A stretch of 32,000 nucleotides of DNA from Bacillus subtilis subsp. subtilis str. 168. GTDB lineage: Bacteria; Bacillota; Bacilli; Bacillales; Bacillaceae. Positions 24,009 to 32,000 of this stretch are shown here, in pieces. Below the pieces are notes generated by a model. That model worked only from the letters and a program-made list of their open reading frames with translations. It was not told where the DNA came from and searched no databases. The stretch's first letter is position 1. Each line of letters begins with the position of its first letter. The position numbers were made by a program, and so were the translations under genes. The stretch covers positions 1,710,001 to 1,742,000 of the forward strand of contig NC_000964.3 of the NCBI RefSeq assembly GCF_000009045.1, in the 5' to 3' direction.

Positions 24009-26159
24009 ATGGCTAAAATGAGAGTATACGAATATGCAAAAGCGTTAAATGTTTCAAGTAAGGAAATTTTGACCGCACTGAAGAACATGGATTTAGAAGT
24101 GAATAATCACATGGCCATGCTTGAAGAAAAGGCCATTAAAAAGCTAGATGCCAAATATAAAAAAGGCGGCGCAGCTGCTAAATCTCAAAAGCCAGCAGAA
24201 ACGAACAAAAACAAACAGCCACAAGGGGTTAATCAGCAATCAGCTGGAAATCAACCAAATAAAATTCGAGACGGAAAGAAGAATGACGTGCAGAATAATC
24301 AATTTAACAAAAACAAGAAGAATAACAACAACAAAAAAAATAAACGCAACAACAACAATAATAAAAACCAACATCAGCAAAAGCCTGTAAAGCCGAAAAA
24401 AGAGCTTCCTGAGAAAATTACATTCTCTGGCACTTTAACAGTTGGCGCACTTGCTGAAGAGCTTGGCAAAGAGCCTTCAGAACTCATTAAAAAGCTGATG
24501 CTTCTTGGCGTAATGGCAACCATTAACCAAGAGCTTGATAAAGACACAATCGAACTCATTGCATCAGAATATGGTGTTGAAACAGAAGAGGTCATTGTGC
24601 TTGAAGAAACAGAGCTGGAAAAATACGAAGAGCCTGATAATGAAGAGGATCTTGAAATTCGTCCTCCTGTCGTGACAATCATGGGCCACGTTGACCATGG
24701 GAAAACAACGCTTCTTGACAGCATCCGTAAAACAAAGGTTGTTGAAGGGGAAGCAGGCGGAATCACTCAGCATATCGGCGCTTATCAAATTGAAGAGAAC
24801 GGCAAGAAAATCACGTTCTTGGATACACCGGGCCACGCCGCATTTACAACAATGCGCGCACGCGGTGCAGAAGTAACTGATATTACGATTCTTGTCGTAG
24901 CTGCCGATGACGGTGTCATGCCGCAAACAGTTGAAGCGATTAACCATGCAAAAGCAGCAGAGGTTCCAATCATCGTTGCTGTGAATAAAATAGATAAAGA
25001 ATCCGCAAACCCTGACCGTGTAATGCAAGAACTGACGGAATACGGACTTGTCCCTGAAGCTTGGGGCGGAGAAACCATTTTTGTGCCGCTTTCCGCTTTA
25101 ACTGGAAAAGGCATTGATGAGCTCGTTGAAATGATTTTGCTTGTCAGTGAGGTAGAGGAACTGAAAGCGAATCCGAATCGTCAGGCAAAAGGAACGGTTA
25201 TTGAAGCTGAACTCGATAAAGGCAGAGGGTCAGTCGCGACGTTGCTCGTACAGACTGGAACACTGCATGTCGGTGATCCGATCGTAGTCGGCAATACATT
25301 TGGCCGTGTCCGTGCAATGGTCAACGACATTGGCCGCCGTGTGAAAACTGCCGGCCCGTCAACTCCGGTTGAAATTACCGGTTTGAATGATGTCCCTCAA
25401 GCGGGAGACCAATTCCTTGTCTTTAAGGATGAAAAAACAGCTCGTTCTGTCGGTGAAGCCCGTGCTTCGAAACAGCTTGAAGAGCAGCGCAGCGATAAAG
25501 CGAAGCTCAGTCTTGATGATTTATTTGAGCAAATTAAGCAAGGTGATGTAAAAGACATCAACCTCATCGTAAAAGCTGACGTTCAAGGATCTGCTGAAGC
25601 TTTAACGGCTGCACTTCAAAAAATTGAAGTAGAAGGCGTTAAAGTGAAAATCATCCATACAGGCGTTGGTGCGATTACTGAATCAGACATTATCTTGGCA
25701 TCTGCTTCCAATGCAATTGTTATCGGGTTTAATGTGAGACCGGACGGAAATGCTAAGAGTACGGCTGAAGCTGAAAATGTAGATATTCGACTTCACCGTA
25801 TCATTTACAAAGTAATCGACGAGATTGAAGCTGCCATGAAAGGTATGCTTGATCCTGAATATGAAGAAAAAGTAATTGGTCAAGTAGAAGTACGCCAAAC
25901 ATTCAAAGTATCTAAAATCGGTACAATTGCCGGCGGATATGTTACTGAAGGAACCATTACGCGCGACAGCGGCCTCCGTTTAATTCGTGACGGCGTCGTC
26001 ATCTTTGAAGGCGAAGTAGATGTTCTGAAACGCTTTAAAGACGATGTGAAAGAAGTTTCACAAGGCTATGAATGTGGTATTACAATTAAGAAATACAATG
26101 ACATTCGTGAAGGTGACATCCTTGAAGCGTTTGTCATGCAAGAAATTGAAAGAACGTGA
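24009..26159 (+). CDS. infB: Translation initiation factor IF-2
   Basis: 716 aa. GTPase motifs [20 protein letters not shown] and NKIDK, with a lysine/asparagine-rich N-terminal linker. Confidence 0.98.
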   Translation: MAKMRVYEYAKALNVSSKEILTALKNMDLEVNNHMAMLEEKAIKKLDAKYKKGGAAAKSQKPAETNKNKQPQGVNQQSAGNQPNKIRDGKKNDVQNNQFNKNKKNNNNKKNKRNNNNNKNQHQQKPVKPKKELPEKITFSGTLTVGALAEELGKEPSELIKKLMLLGVMATINQELDKDTIELIASEYGVETEEVIVLEETELEKYEEPDNEEDLEIRPPVVTIMGHVDHGKTTLLDSIRKTKVVEGEAGGITQHIGAYQIEENGKKITFLDTPGHAAFTTMRARGAEVTDITILVVAADDGVMPQTVEAINHAKAAEVPIIVAVNKIDKESANPDRVMQELTEYGLVPEAWGGETIFVPLSALTGKGIDELVEMILLVSEVEELKANPNRQAKGTVIEAELDKGRGSVATLLVQTGTLHVGDPIVVGNTFGRVRAMVNDIGRRVKTAGPSTPVEITGLNDVPQAGDQFLVFKDEKTARSVGEARASKQLEEQRSDKAKLSLDDLFEQIKQGDVKDINLIVKADVQGSAEALTAALQKIEVEGVKVKIIHTGVGAITESDIILASASNAIVIGFNVRPDGNAKSTAEAENVDIRLHRIIYKVIDEIEAAMKGMLDPEYEEKVIGQVEVRQTFKVSKIGTIAGGYVTEGTITRDSGLRLIRDGVVIFEGEVDVLKRFKDDVKEVSQGYECGITIKKYNDIREGDILEAFVMQEIERT
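24288..24290 (+). other. infB: Candidate internal GTG start codon for the shorter IF2 isoform
   Basis: Codon 94 of infB is GTG, preceded by GACGGAAAGAAGAATGAC. It corresponds to the two in-frame initiation sites reported for B. subtilis infB. Confidence 0.6.
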
Positions 26160-26434
26160 TCGGATTTGCGGAGTGTGAATGCATCATTTATGATGCAGGA
26201 TCGCTAAAAGAAAAGCGTGCCGTTCTGAAGCGGATTTTAACCAGGGTTCAAAACAAGTTCAATGTTTCGATTTCGGAGATTGGCTATCAGGACACCTGGC
26301 AAAGAACCAGCTTCGGAATCGCCGCTGTTTCTTCCTCTCGCGTTCAAACAGAAAAAGAACTGCAGCGCGTCCTAGCGTTTATCGATTCTTTTCCTGAAAT
26401 TGAACGGACGATCACTAGGACAGAGTGGTTTTAA
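26156..26434 (+). CDS. ylxP: YlxP, DUF503 family protein of the infB-rbfA operon
   Basis: 92 aa, overlaps the infB stop (ATGA-type). [16 protein letters not shown] motif and synteny. Confidence 0.92.
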   Translation: MIGFAECECIIYDAGSLKEKRAVLKRILTRVQNKFNVSISEIGYQDTWQRTSFGIAAVSSSRVQTEKELQRVLAFIDSFPEIERTITRTEWF

Positions 26435-26450
26435 CTTAGAGGTGATTGAA

Positions 26451-26804
26451 TTGAGTATGAGAGCAAACCGTGTCGGCGAGCAAATGAAAAAAGAACTCGG
26501 TGATATTATCAGCCGCAAGCTGAAAGACCCGAGAATTGGTTTTCTGACAGTAACGGATGTACGTGTATCAGGTGATTTGCAAATTGCAAAGGTGTATATC
26601 TCGGTTCTCGGTGACGAGAAAAAACGGGAAGAAGCGCTGAAAGGGCTGGCAAAAGCGAAAGGATTTATCCGATCCGAAATCGGCAGCCGCATCAGACTTC
26701 GAAAAACGCCTGAAATTGAATTTGAGTTCGATGAATCAATCGATTACGGGAATCGGATCGAAACACTGATTCACGAATTACATTCAGAGAAACCATCTGA
26801 ATAA
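26451..26804 (+). CDS. rbfA: Ribosome-binding factor A (117 aa using the TTG at 26451)
   Basis: [14 protein letters not shown] and [15 protein letters not shown]. The TTG follows GAGGTGATTGAA. The tracked ATG at 26400 lies within ylxP. Confidence 0.95.
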   Translation: MSMRANRVGEQMKKELGDIISRKLKDPRIGFLTVTDVRVSGDLQIAKVYISVLGDEKKREEALKGLAKAKGFIRSEIGSRIRLRKTPEIEFEFDESIDYGNRIETLIHELHSEKPSE

Positions 26805-26806
26805 AA

Positions 26807-26848
26807 AAAGAGAGGATAGGCGTATATCGTCTGTCCTCTTTCTTCGTT
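26807..26848 (+). terminator. Intrinsic terminator-like hairpin between rbfA and truB
   Basis: AGAGGATAGGCG (26811-26822), TATAT loop, CGTCTGTCCTCT (26828-26839), 12 bp with two G-U, then TTCTTCGTTT. Confidence 0.65.
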
Positions 26849-26885
26849 TATAAGAAAAAAACTCAAAAGAAGGAGTGAAAGGCAA

Positions 26886-27815
26886 ATGGTTAACGGAGTT
26901 CTCCTTTTACATAAACCTGTTGGCATGACATCGCACGACTGTGTCATGAAGATCCGAAAGCTGTTAAAAACAAAAAAAGTAGGACATACAGGAACGCTCG
27001 ATCCGGAAGTATCAGGCGTGCTTCCGATTTGTGTAGGAAGAGCGACAAAAATAGTCGAATACTTAACTGAAAAATCTAAAACGTATGATGCAGAAATAAC
27101 ATTGGGCTTTTCAACCACAACAGAGGATCAAACCGGAGAAACGGTGGAAACAAAGCCTGTCAATCACGACATTGATAAAGCGGATGTAGAAAAGGTTTTA
27201 AACAGTTTAAAGGGGAAACAAGAACAAATTCCGCCCATGTATTCCGCTGTAAAAGTAAACGGCAAAAAATTATACGAATACGCAAGAGCAGGGATTGAAG
27301 TAGAACGTCCGAAACGTATGATAACCATTGAAGACATTGCCCTGACAACAGAGATTAAACATCATGGAGAAACCGCAAGCTTCCGGTTTACAGTGACTTG
27401 CTCCAAAGGGACCTATGTAAGGACGCTGGCGGTCATGATCGGAGAAAAGCTCGGATATCCGGCCCATATGTCTCATTTAATCCGTACGGCATCCGGAGAT
27501 TTTTCTCTCGACGAATGCTTTACTTTTGATGAACTCGAAGCACAGGCCCAATCCGGAACCGTGGAAGAGCATACAGTTCCTATTGAACGTGCGCTCAATC
27601 ATTTGCCGAAATGGATCATAAGTGATACATTAGCTAAGAAAGTAGAAAATGGGGCTTTGCTTGAGACGCCCGAGCAGTTTTCTGAAATGACAAGTGGAGA
27701 CCGTATTGCCGTCTTTACTGAATCCGGAACCTGCTTGGCGATCTATTTCCCTCATCCTGCAAAAAAAGGGCTGTTAAAGCCGGCAAAAGTATTGATGCAA
27801 AAAAGCGAACAATAG
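26886..27815 (+). CDS. truB: tRNA pseudouridine(55) synthase TruB
   Basis: 309 aa. NGVLLLHKPVGMTSHDCV and GHTGTLDPEVSGVLPICVG catalytic motif. Confidence 0.97.
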   Translation: MVNGVLLLHKPVGMTSHDCVMKIRKLLKTKKVGHTGTLDPEVSGVLPICVGRATKIVEYLTEKSKTYDAEITLGFSTTTEDQTGETVETKPVNHDIDKADVEKVLNSLKGKQEQIPPMYSAVKVNGKKLYEYARAGIEVERPKRMITIEDIALTTEIKHHGETASFRFTVTCSKGTYVRTLAVMIGEKLGYPAHMSHLIRTASGDFSLDECFTFDELEAQAQSGTVEEHTVPIERALNHLPKWIISDTLAKKVENGALLETPEQFSEMTSGDRIAVFTESGTCLAIYFPHPAKKGLLKPAKVLMQKSEQ

Positions 27816-27833
27816 AAAAAAGGTGACCGTTCT

Positions 27834-28784
27834 GTGAAGACGATACATATTACACATCCTCATCATTTAATAAAAGAGGAGCAGGCAAAATCAGTGATGG
27901 CGTTAGGTTATTTTGACGGCGTTCATCTCGGGCATCAAAAGGTAATCGGCACAGCGAAGCAAATAGCCGAAGAAAAAGGTCTGACATTAGCTGTGATGAC
28001 CTTTCATCCCCATCCTTCTCACGTGTTGGGCAGAGATAAGGAACCAAAGGATCTGATTACGCCTCTTGAAGACAAAATAAACCAAATTGAACAATTAGGC
28101 ACAGAAGTTCTGTATGTCGTTAAATTTAATGAAGTGTTTGCTTCTCTTTCTCCTAAGCAGTTTATAGACCAGTATATTATCGGCCTTAATGTGCAGCACG
28201 CAGTGGCAGGCTTTGACTTTACGTACGGCAAATACGGCAAGGGAACAATGAAGACCATGCCGGATGATTTAGACGGAAAAGCTGGGTGCACAATGGTAGA
28301 AAAATTAACGGAGCAGGATAAAAAAATCAGTTCTTCGTATATCCGTACCGCGCTTCAAAACGGAGATGTTGAATTGGCGAATGTCTTGCTTGGACAACCT
28401 TATTTTATTAAAGGAATTGTCATTCATGGTGATAAAAGAGGGCGGACCATCGGGTTTCCGACAGCGAATGTCGGTTTAAATAACAGCTATATCGTTCCGC
28501 CCACAGGTGTATATGCCGTAAAAGCGGAAGTGAACGGCGAAGTTTACAATGGCGTTTGCAATATTGGCTATAAGCCAACGTTTTATGAAAAGCGCCCTGA
28601 ACAGCCTTCCATCGAGGTCAATCTGTTTGATTTCAATCAAGAGGTATATGGAGCCGCTATAAAAATCGAATGGTACAAACGGATTCGGAGCGAGCGGAAA
28701 TTCAATGGCATCAAAGAATTAACTGAGCAAATTGAGAAAGATAAGCAGGAAGCCATCCGTTATTTCAGCAATTTGCGGAAATAA
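27834..28784 (+). CDS. ribC: Bifunctional riboflavin kinase / FAD synthetase
   Basis: 316 aa, GTG start. MALGYFDGVHLGHQKVI and the riboflavin kinase region GIVIHGDKRGRTIGFPTANV. Named ribC in B. subtilis (ribF elsewhere). Confidence 0.96.
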   Translation: MKTIHITHPHHLIKEEQAKSVMALGYFDGVHLGHQKVIGTAKQIAEEKGLTLAVMTFHPHPSHVLGRDKEPKDLITPLEDKINQIEQLGTEVLYVVKFNEVFASLSPKQFIDQYIIGLNVQHAVAGFDFTYGKYGKGTMKTMPDDLDGKAGCTMVEKLTEQDKKISSSYIRTALQNGDVELANVLLGQPYFIKGIVIHGDKRGRTIGFPTANVGLNNSYIVPPTGVYAVKAEVNGEVYNGVCNIGYKPTFYEKRPEQPSIEVNLFDFNQEVYGAAIKIEWYKRIRSERKFNGIKELTEQIEKDKQEAIRYFSNLRK

Positions 28785-28817
28785 CTTGCAACGCACGCAA
28801 ATTTTATTCTAAAATAT

Positions 28818-28846
28818 TTGCATATAGGCACGATTTTTAGTATGAT
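28818..28846 (+). promoter_or_regulatory. Candidate sigma-A promoter for rpsO
   Basis: TTGCAT (28818-28823), 17-nt spacer, TATGAT (28841-28846). Confidence 0.65.
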
Positions 28847-28861
28847 AGTTTTCGTAGTCTT

Positions 28862-29210
<349 letters not shown>

Positions 29211-29214
29211 TCGT

Positions 29215-29241
29215 AAAAAGCGGGAGGATTCCCGCTTTTTT
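29215..29241 (+). terminator. Intrinsic terminator after rpsO
   Basis: AAAAAGCGGGA, GGAT loop, TCCCGCTTTTT, then T; 11-bp perfect stem. Confidence 0.92.
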
Positions 29242-29382
29242 ATCGTATTAAAGCGAAATTTCTTATAACAAATCATTGAAATCCTTTTACATACTACTTT
29301 GACATTGATATGTTCAATTCATTTCGTTCATAATAGGAGTAATTGATTATTTCACACAACGAAGAGAGGAGTTCGTAATTGT

Positions 29383-31500
29383 ATGGGACAAGAAAAACAT
29401 GTCTTTACCATAGATTGGGCCGGAAGAACGCTTACCGTTGAAACCGGCCAGCTTGCCAAACAGGCAAATGGTGCTGTGATGATCCGCTACGGTGATACAG
29501 CAGTACTTAGTACAGCAACCGCTTCAAAAGAACCTAAACCGCTTGATTTCTTCCCTCTTACTGTAAACTATGAAGAAAGATTATATGCGGTAGGGAAAAT
29601 TCCGGGCGGATTTATTAAAAGAGAAGGACGTCCAAGTGAAAAAGCGGTTCTTGCCAGCCGTTTAATTGACCGTCCGATCCGTCCTTTGTTTGCCGATGGA
29701 TTCCGTAATGAAGTTCAAGTCATCAGCATTGTCATGAGTGTTGACCAAAACTGCTCTTCAGAAATGGCTGCCATGTTCGGTTCATCTCTTGCACTTTCTG
29801 TATCGGATATTCCGTTTGAAGGACCGATTGCAGGGGTTACTGTCGGACGCATTGATGATCAATTTATCATTAACCCGACAGTCGATCAGCTTGAAAAAAG
29901 CGATATCAATCTTGTCGTTGCCGGCACGAAAGATGCGATTAACATGGTAGAAGCGGGAGCGGACGAAGTTCCTGAGGAAATCATGCTTGAGGCCATTATG
30001 TTCGGCCATGAAGAGATTAAACGCCTGATTGCATTCCAAGAAGAAATTGTTGCAGCAGTCGGCAAAGAGAAATCTGAAATTAAGCTCTTTGAAATTGATG
30101 AAGAGCTTAATGAAAAAGTAAAAGCTTTGGCAGAAGAGGATCTGCTGAAAGCCATCCAAGTTCATGAAAAGCATGCCCGTGAAGATGCCATTAACGAAGT
30201 GAAGAACGCAGTTGTGGCAAAATTCGAGGATGAAGAACATGATGAAGACACAATCAAGCAAGTGAAGCAGATTTTATCCAAGCTTGTGAAAAATGAAGTT
30301 CGCCGCCTGATTACTGAAGAGAAAGTAAGACCGGACGGCCGCGGTGTCGATCAAATCCGTCCGCTCTCTTCAGAGGTTGGCCTCTTGCCAAGAACGCACG
30401 GTTCAGGTCTATTTACAAGGGGACAAACTCAGGCCCTCAGCGTATGTACGCTAGGTGCTCTGGGAGATGTGCAAATCCTTGACGGCTTAGGTGTCGAAGA
30501 GTCGAAACGGTTTATGCATCATTACAACTTCCCGCAATTCAGCGTTGGGGAAACAGGACCGATGCGCGGACCGGGACGTCGTGAAATCGGACACGGAGCA
30601 CTGGGTGAGCGTGCGCTTGAGCCAGTTATTCCGTCTGAAAAAGACTTCCCTTATACTGTCCGTCTTGTTTCAGAAGTGCTTGAATCAAACGGTTCTACAT
30701 CTCAAGCAAGCATTTGCGCAAGCACACTTGCAATGATGGATGCCGGTGTACCGATTAAAGCGCCAGTTGCTGGTATTGCGATGGGTCTTGTCAAATCAGG
30801 CGAACATTACACTGTCTTGACTGACATCCAAGGCATGGAAGACGCGCTCGGAGATATGGACTTTAAAGTAGCGGGAACTGAAAAAGGCGTAACGGCCCTG
30901 CAAATGGACATTAAAATTGAAGGCCTTTCCAGAGAGATTCTTGAAGAAGCGCTTCAGCAGGCGAAAAAGGGCAGAATGGAAATCCTCAACAGCATGCTTG
31001 CAACATTAAGCGAATCAAGAAAAGAGCTTTCTCGATATGCGCCTAAGATCTTAACAATGACCATTAATCCTGATAAAATCCGCGATGTCATCGGACCAAG
31101 CGGGAAACAAATCAATAAGATCATCGAAGAAACCGGTGTTAAAATTGATATTGAGCAGGACGGCACAATCTTTATTTCCTCTACAGATGAAAGCGGCAAC
31201 CAAAAAGCGAAAAAAATCATCGAAGACCTTGTGAGAGAGGTTGAAGTCGGCCAACTTTACCTAGGTAAAGTGAAACGGATTGAAAAATTCGGGGCTTTCG
31301 TTGAAATTTTCAGCGGAAAAGACGGTTTGGTGCACATTTCAGAGCTTGCGCTTGAACGCGTAGGGAAAGTTGAAGATGTTGTGAAAATCGGAGACGAGAT
31401 TCTTGTCAAAGTCACTGAAATTGATAAACAAGGACGAGTGAATTTATCCCGCAAAGCGGTGCTCCGTGAAGAGAAAGAAAAAGAAGAACAACAATCTTAA
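29383..31500 (+). CDS. pnpA: Polyribonucleotide nucleotidyltransferase (PNPase)
   Basis: 705 aa. Two RNase PH domains ([21 protein letters not shown]), KH ([15 protein letters not shown]) and S1 ([20 protein letters not shown]) domains. Confidence 0.98.
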   Translation: MGQEKHVFTIDWAGRTLTVETGQLAKQANGAVMIRYGDTAVLSTATASKEPKPLDFFPLTVNYEERLYAVGKIPGGFIKREGRPSEKAVLASRLIDRPIRPLFADGFRNEVQVISIVMSVDQNCSSEMAAMFGSSLALSVSDIPFEGPIAGVTVGRIDDQFIINPTVDQLEKSDINLVVAGTKDAINMVEAGADEVPEEIMLEAIMFGHEEIKRLIAFQEEIVAAVGKEKSEIKLFEIDEELNEKVKALAEEDLLKAIQVHEKHAREDAINEVKNAVVAKFEDEEHDEDTIKQVKQILSKLVKNEVRRLITEEKVRPDGRGVDQIRPLSSEVGLLPRTHGSGLFTRGQTQALSVCTLGALGDVQILDGLGVEESKRFMHHYNFPQFSVGETGPMRGPGRREIGHGALGERALEPVIPSEKDFPYTVRLVSEVLESNGSTSQASICASTLAMMDAGVPIKAPVAGIAMGLVKSGEHYTVLTDIQGMEDALGDMDFKVAGTEKGVTALQMDIKIEGLSREILEEALQQAKKGRMEILNSMLATLSESRKELSRYAPKILTMTINPDKIRDVIGPSGKQINKIIEETGVKIDIEQDGTIFISSTDESGNQKAKKIIEDLVREVEVGQLYLGKVKRIEKFGAFVEIFSGKDGLVHISELALERVGKVEDVVKIGDEILVKVTEIDKQGRVNLSRKAVLREEKEKEEQQS

Positions 31501-31511
31501 ATGAAAACATA

Positions 31512-31544
31512 AAAGGAGCCTGGGAGACCCGGCTTCTTTATTTT
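31512..31544 (+). terminator. Intrinsic terminator after pnpA
   Basis: AAAGGAGCCTGGG / CCCGGCTTCTTT stem with G-U pairs and a short AGA loop, followed by ATTTT. Confidence 0.8.
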
Positions 31545-31617
31545 GAAGCTTTTCAAAAGCAGGCGGGTTCTACCTTGTCCTTCTCCTTCATAATGTGAGG
31601 TGAGGGGGGGACAGAAC

Positions 31618-32000
31618 ATGTACAAAAAATTTGTACCGTTTGCCGTTTTTTTATTTCTTTTTTTTGTCTCATTTGAGATGATGGAAAATCCGCATGCACT
31701 TGATTATATAGGGGCAATGAAAAAAGATACGGTGACTGTCACGGCGTCAAAAGACCCGTTATATGAAGAATTGCTTCAAAAAGCGCCGGAGTACGAAGTT
31801 AAGCCCCAGAATGCAAGAATTGATAAAGTGTGGAAAAGCATTCCAGGCTACAATGGATTAAAGGTCAATATTGAACAATCATATAAAAAAATGAAACAGC
31901 ATGGTAAGTTTCGGGAAAAAGATTTGGTGTACAGTCAAGTAAAACCAAGTGTTCATCTTGAGTCACTTCAGCCTGAGCCTATTTATAAAGGAAATCCTGA
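31618..32000 (+). CDS. ylxY: YlxY, predicted polysaccharide deacetylase-family exported protein (N-terminal part, truncated by the window end)
   Basis: ATG at 31618 opens a frame with no stop to the window end. MYKKFVPFAVFLFLFFVSFEMMENPHALDY has a hydrophobic N-terminus. Product name rests on synteny after pnpA. The catalytic domain is outside the window and the ORF is absent from the supplied track. Confidence 0.82.
   Translation, partial: MYKKFVPFAVFLFLFFVSFEMMENPHALDYIGAMKKDTVTVTASKDPLYEELLQKAPEYEVKPQNARIDKVWKSIPGYNGLKVNIEQSYKKMKQHGKFREKDLVYSQVKPSVHLESLQPEPIYKGNP

Noticed and set aside
24374-24766. Minus-strand ORF of 130 aa opposite infB
   Set aside because: Serine-rich shadow ORF on the opposite strand of a highly conserved gene, with no RBS or recognised family.
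29782-30261. Minus-strand ORF of 159 aa opposite pnpA
   Set aside because: Antisense overlap with the conserved PNPase coding region, with no independent support.

Overview
This 32 kb window is a contiguous, co-oriented (+ strand) block of a Bacillus subtilis-group chromosome. It runs from the 3' end of the flagellar/chemotaxis operon (flhF-flhG-cheB-cheA-cheW-cheC-cheD-sigD-swrB) through rpsB-tsf-pyrH-frr, uppS-cdsA-dxr-rasP-proS, polC, the nusA-infB operon (rimP-nusA-ylxR-ylxQ-infB-ylxP-rbfA), truB-ribC, rpsO and pnpA, ending in the 5' part of ylxY. It is a conserved housekeeping region. I found no mobile element, CRISPR array, defence system, tRNA/rRNA gene or anything that looks like an undescribed multi-gene system. 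The points worth a second look are in the intergenic RNA: a possible terminator/antiterminator leader before rimP-nusA, a 12-bp perfect hairpin without a U-tract before polC, the rpsO and rpsB leaders, a hairpin terminator inside the rpsB-tsf unit, and a known-type internal translation start in infB. All family assignments come from recognising protein sequences and synteny, not from a database search. Hairpins were paired by eye, and coordinates may be off by 1-2 nt.
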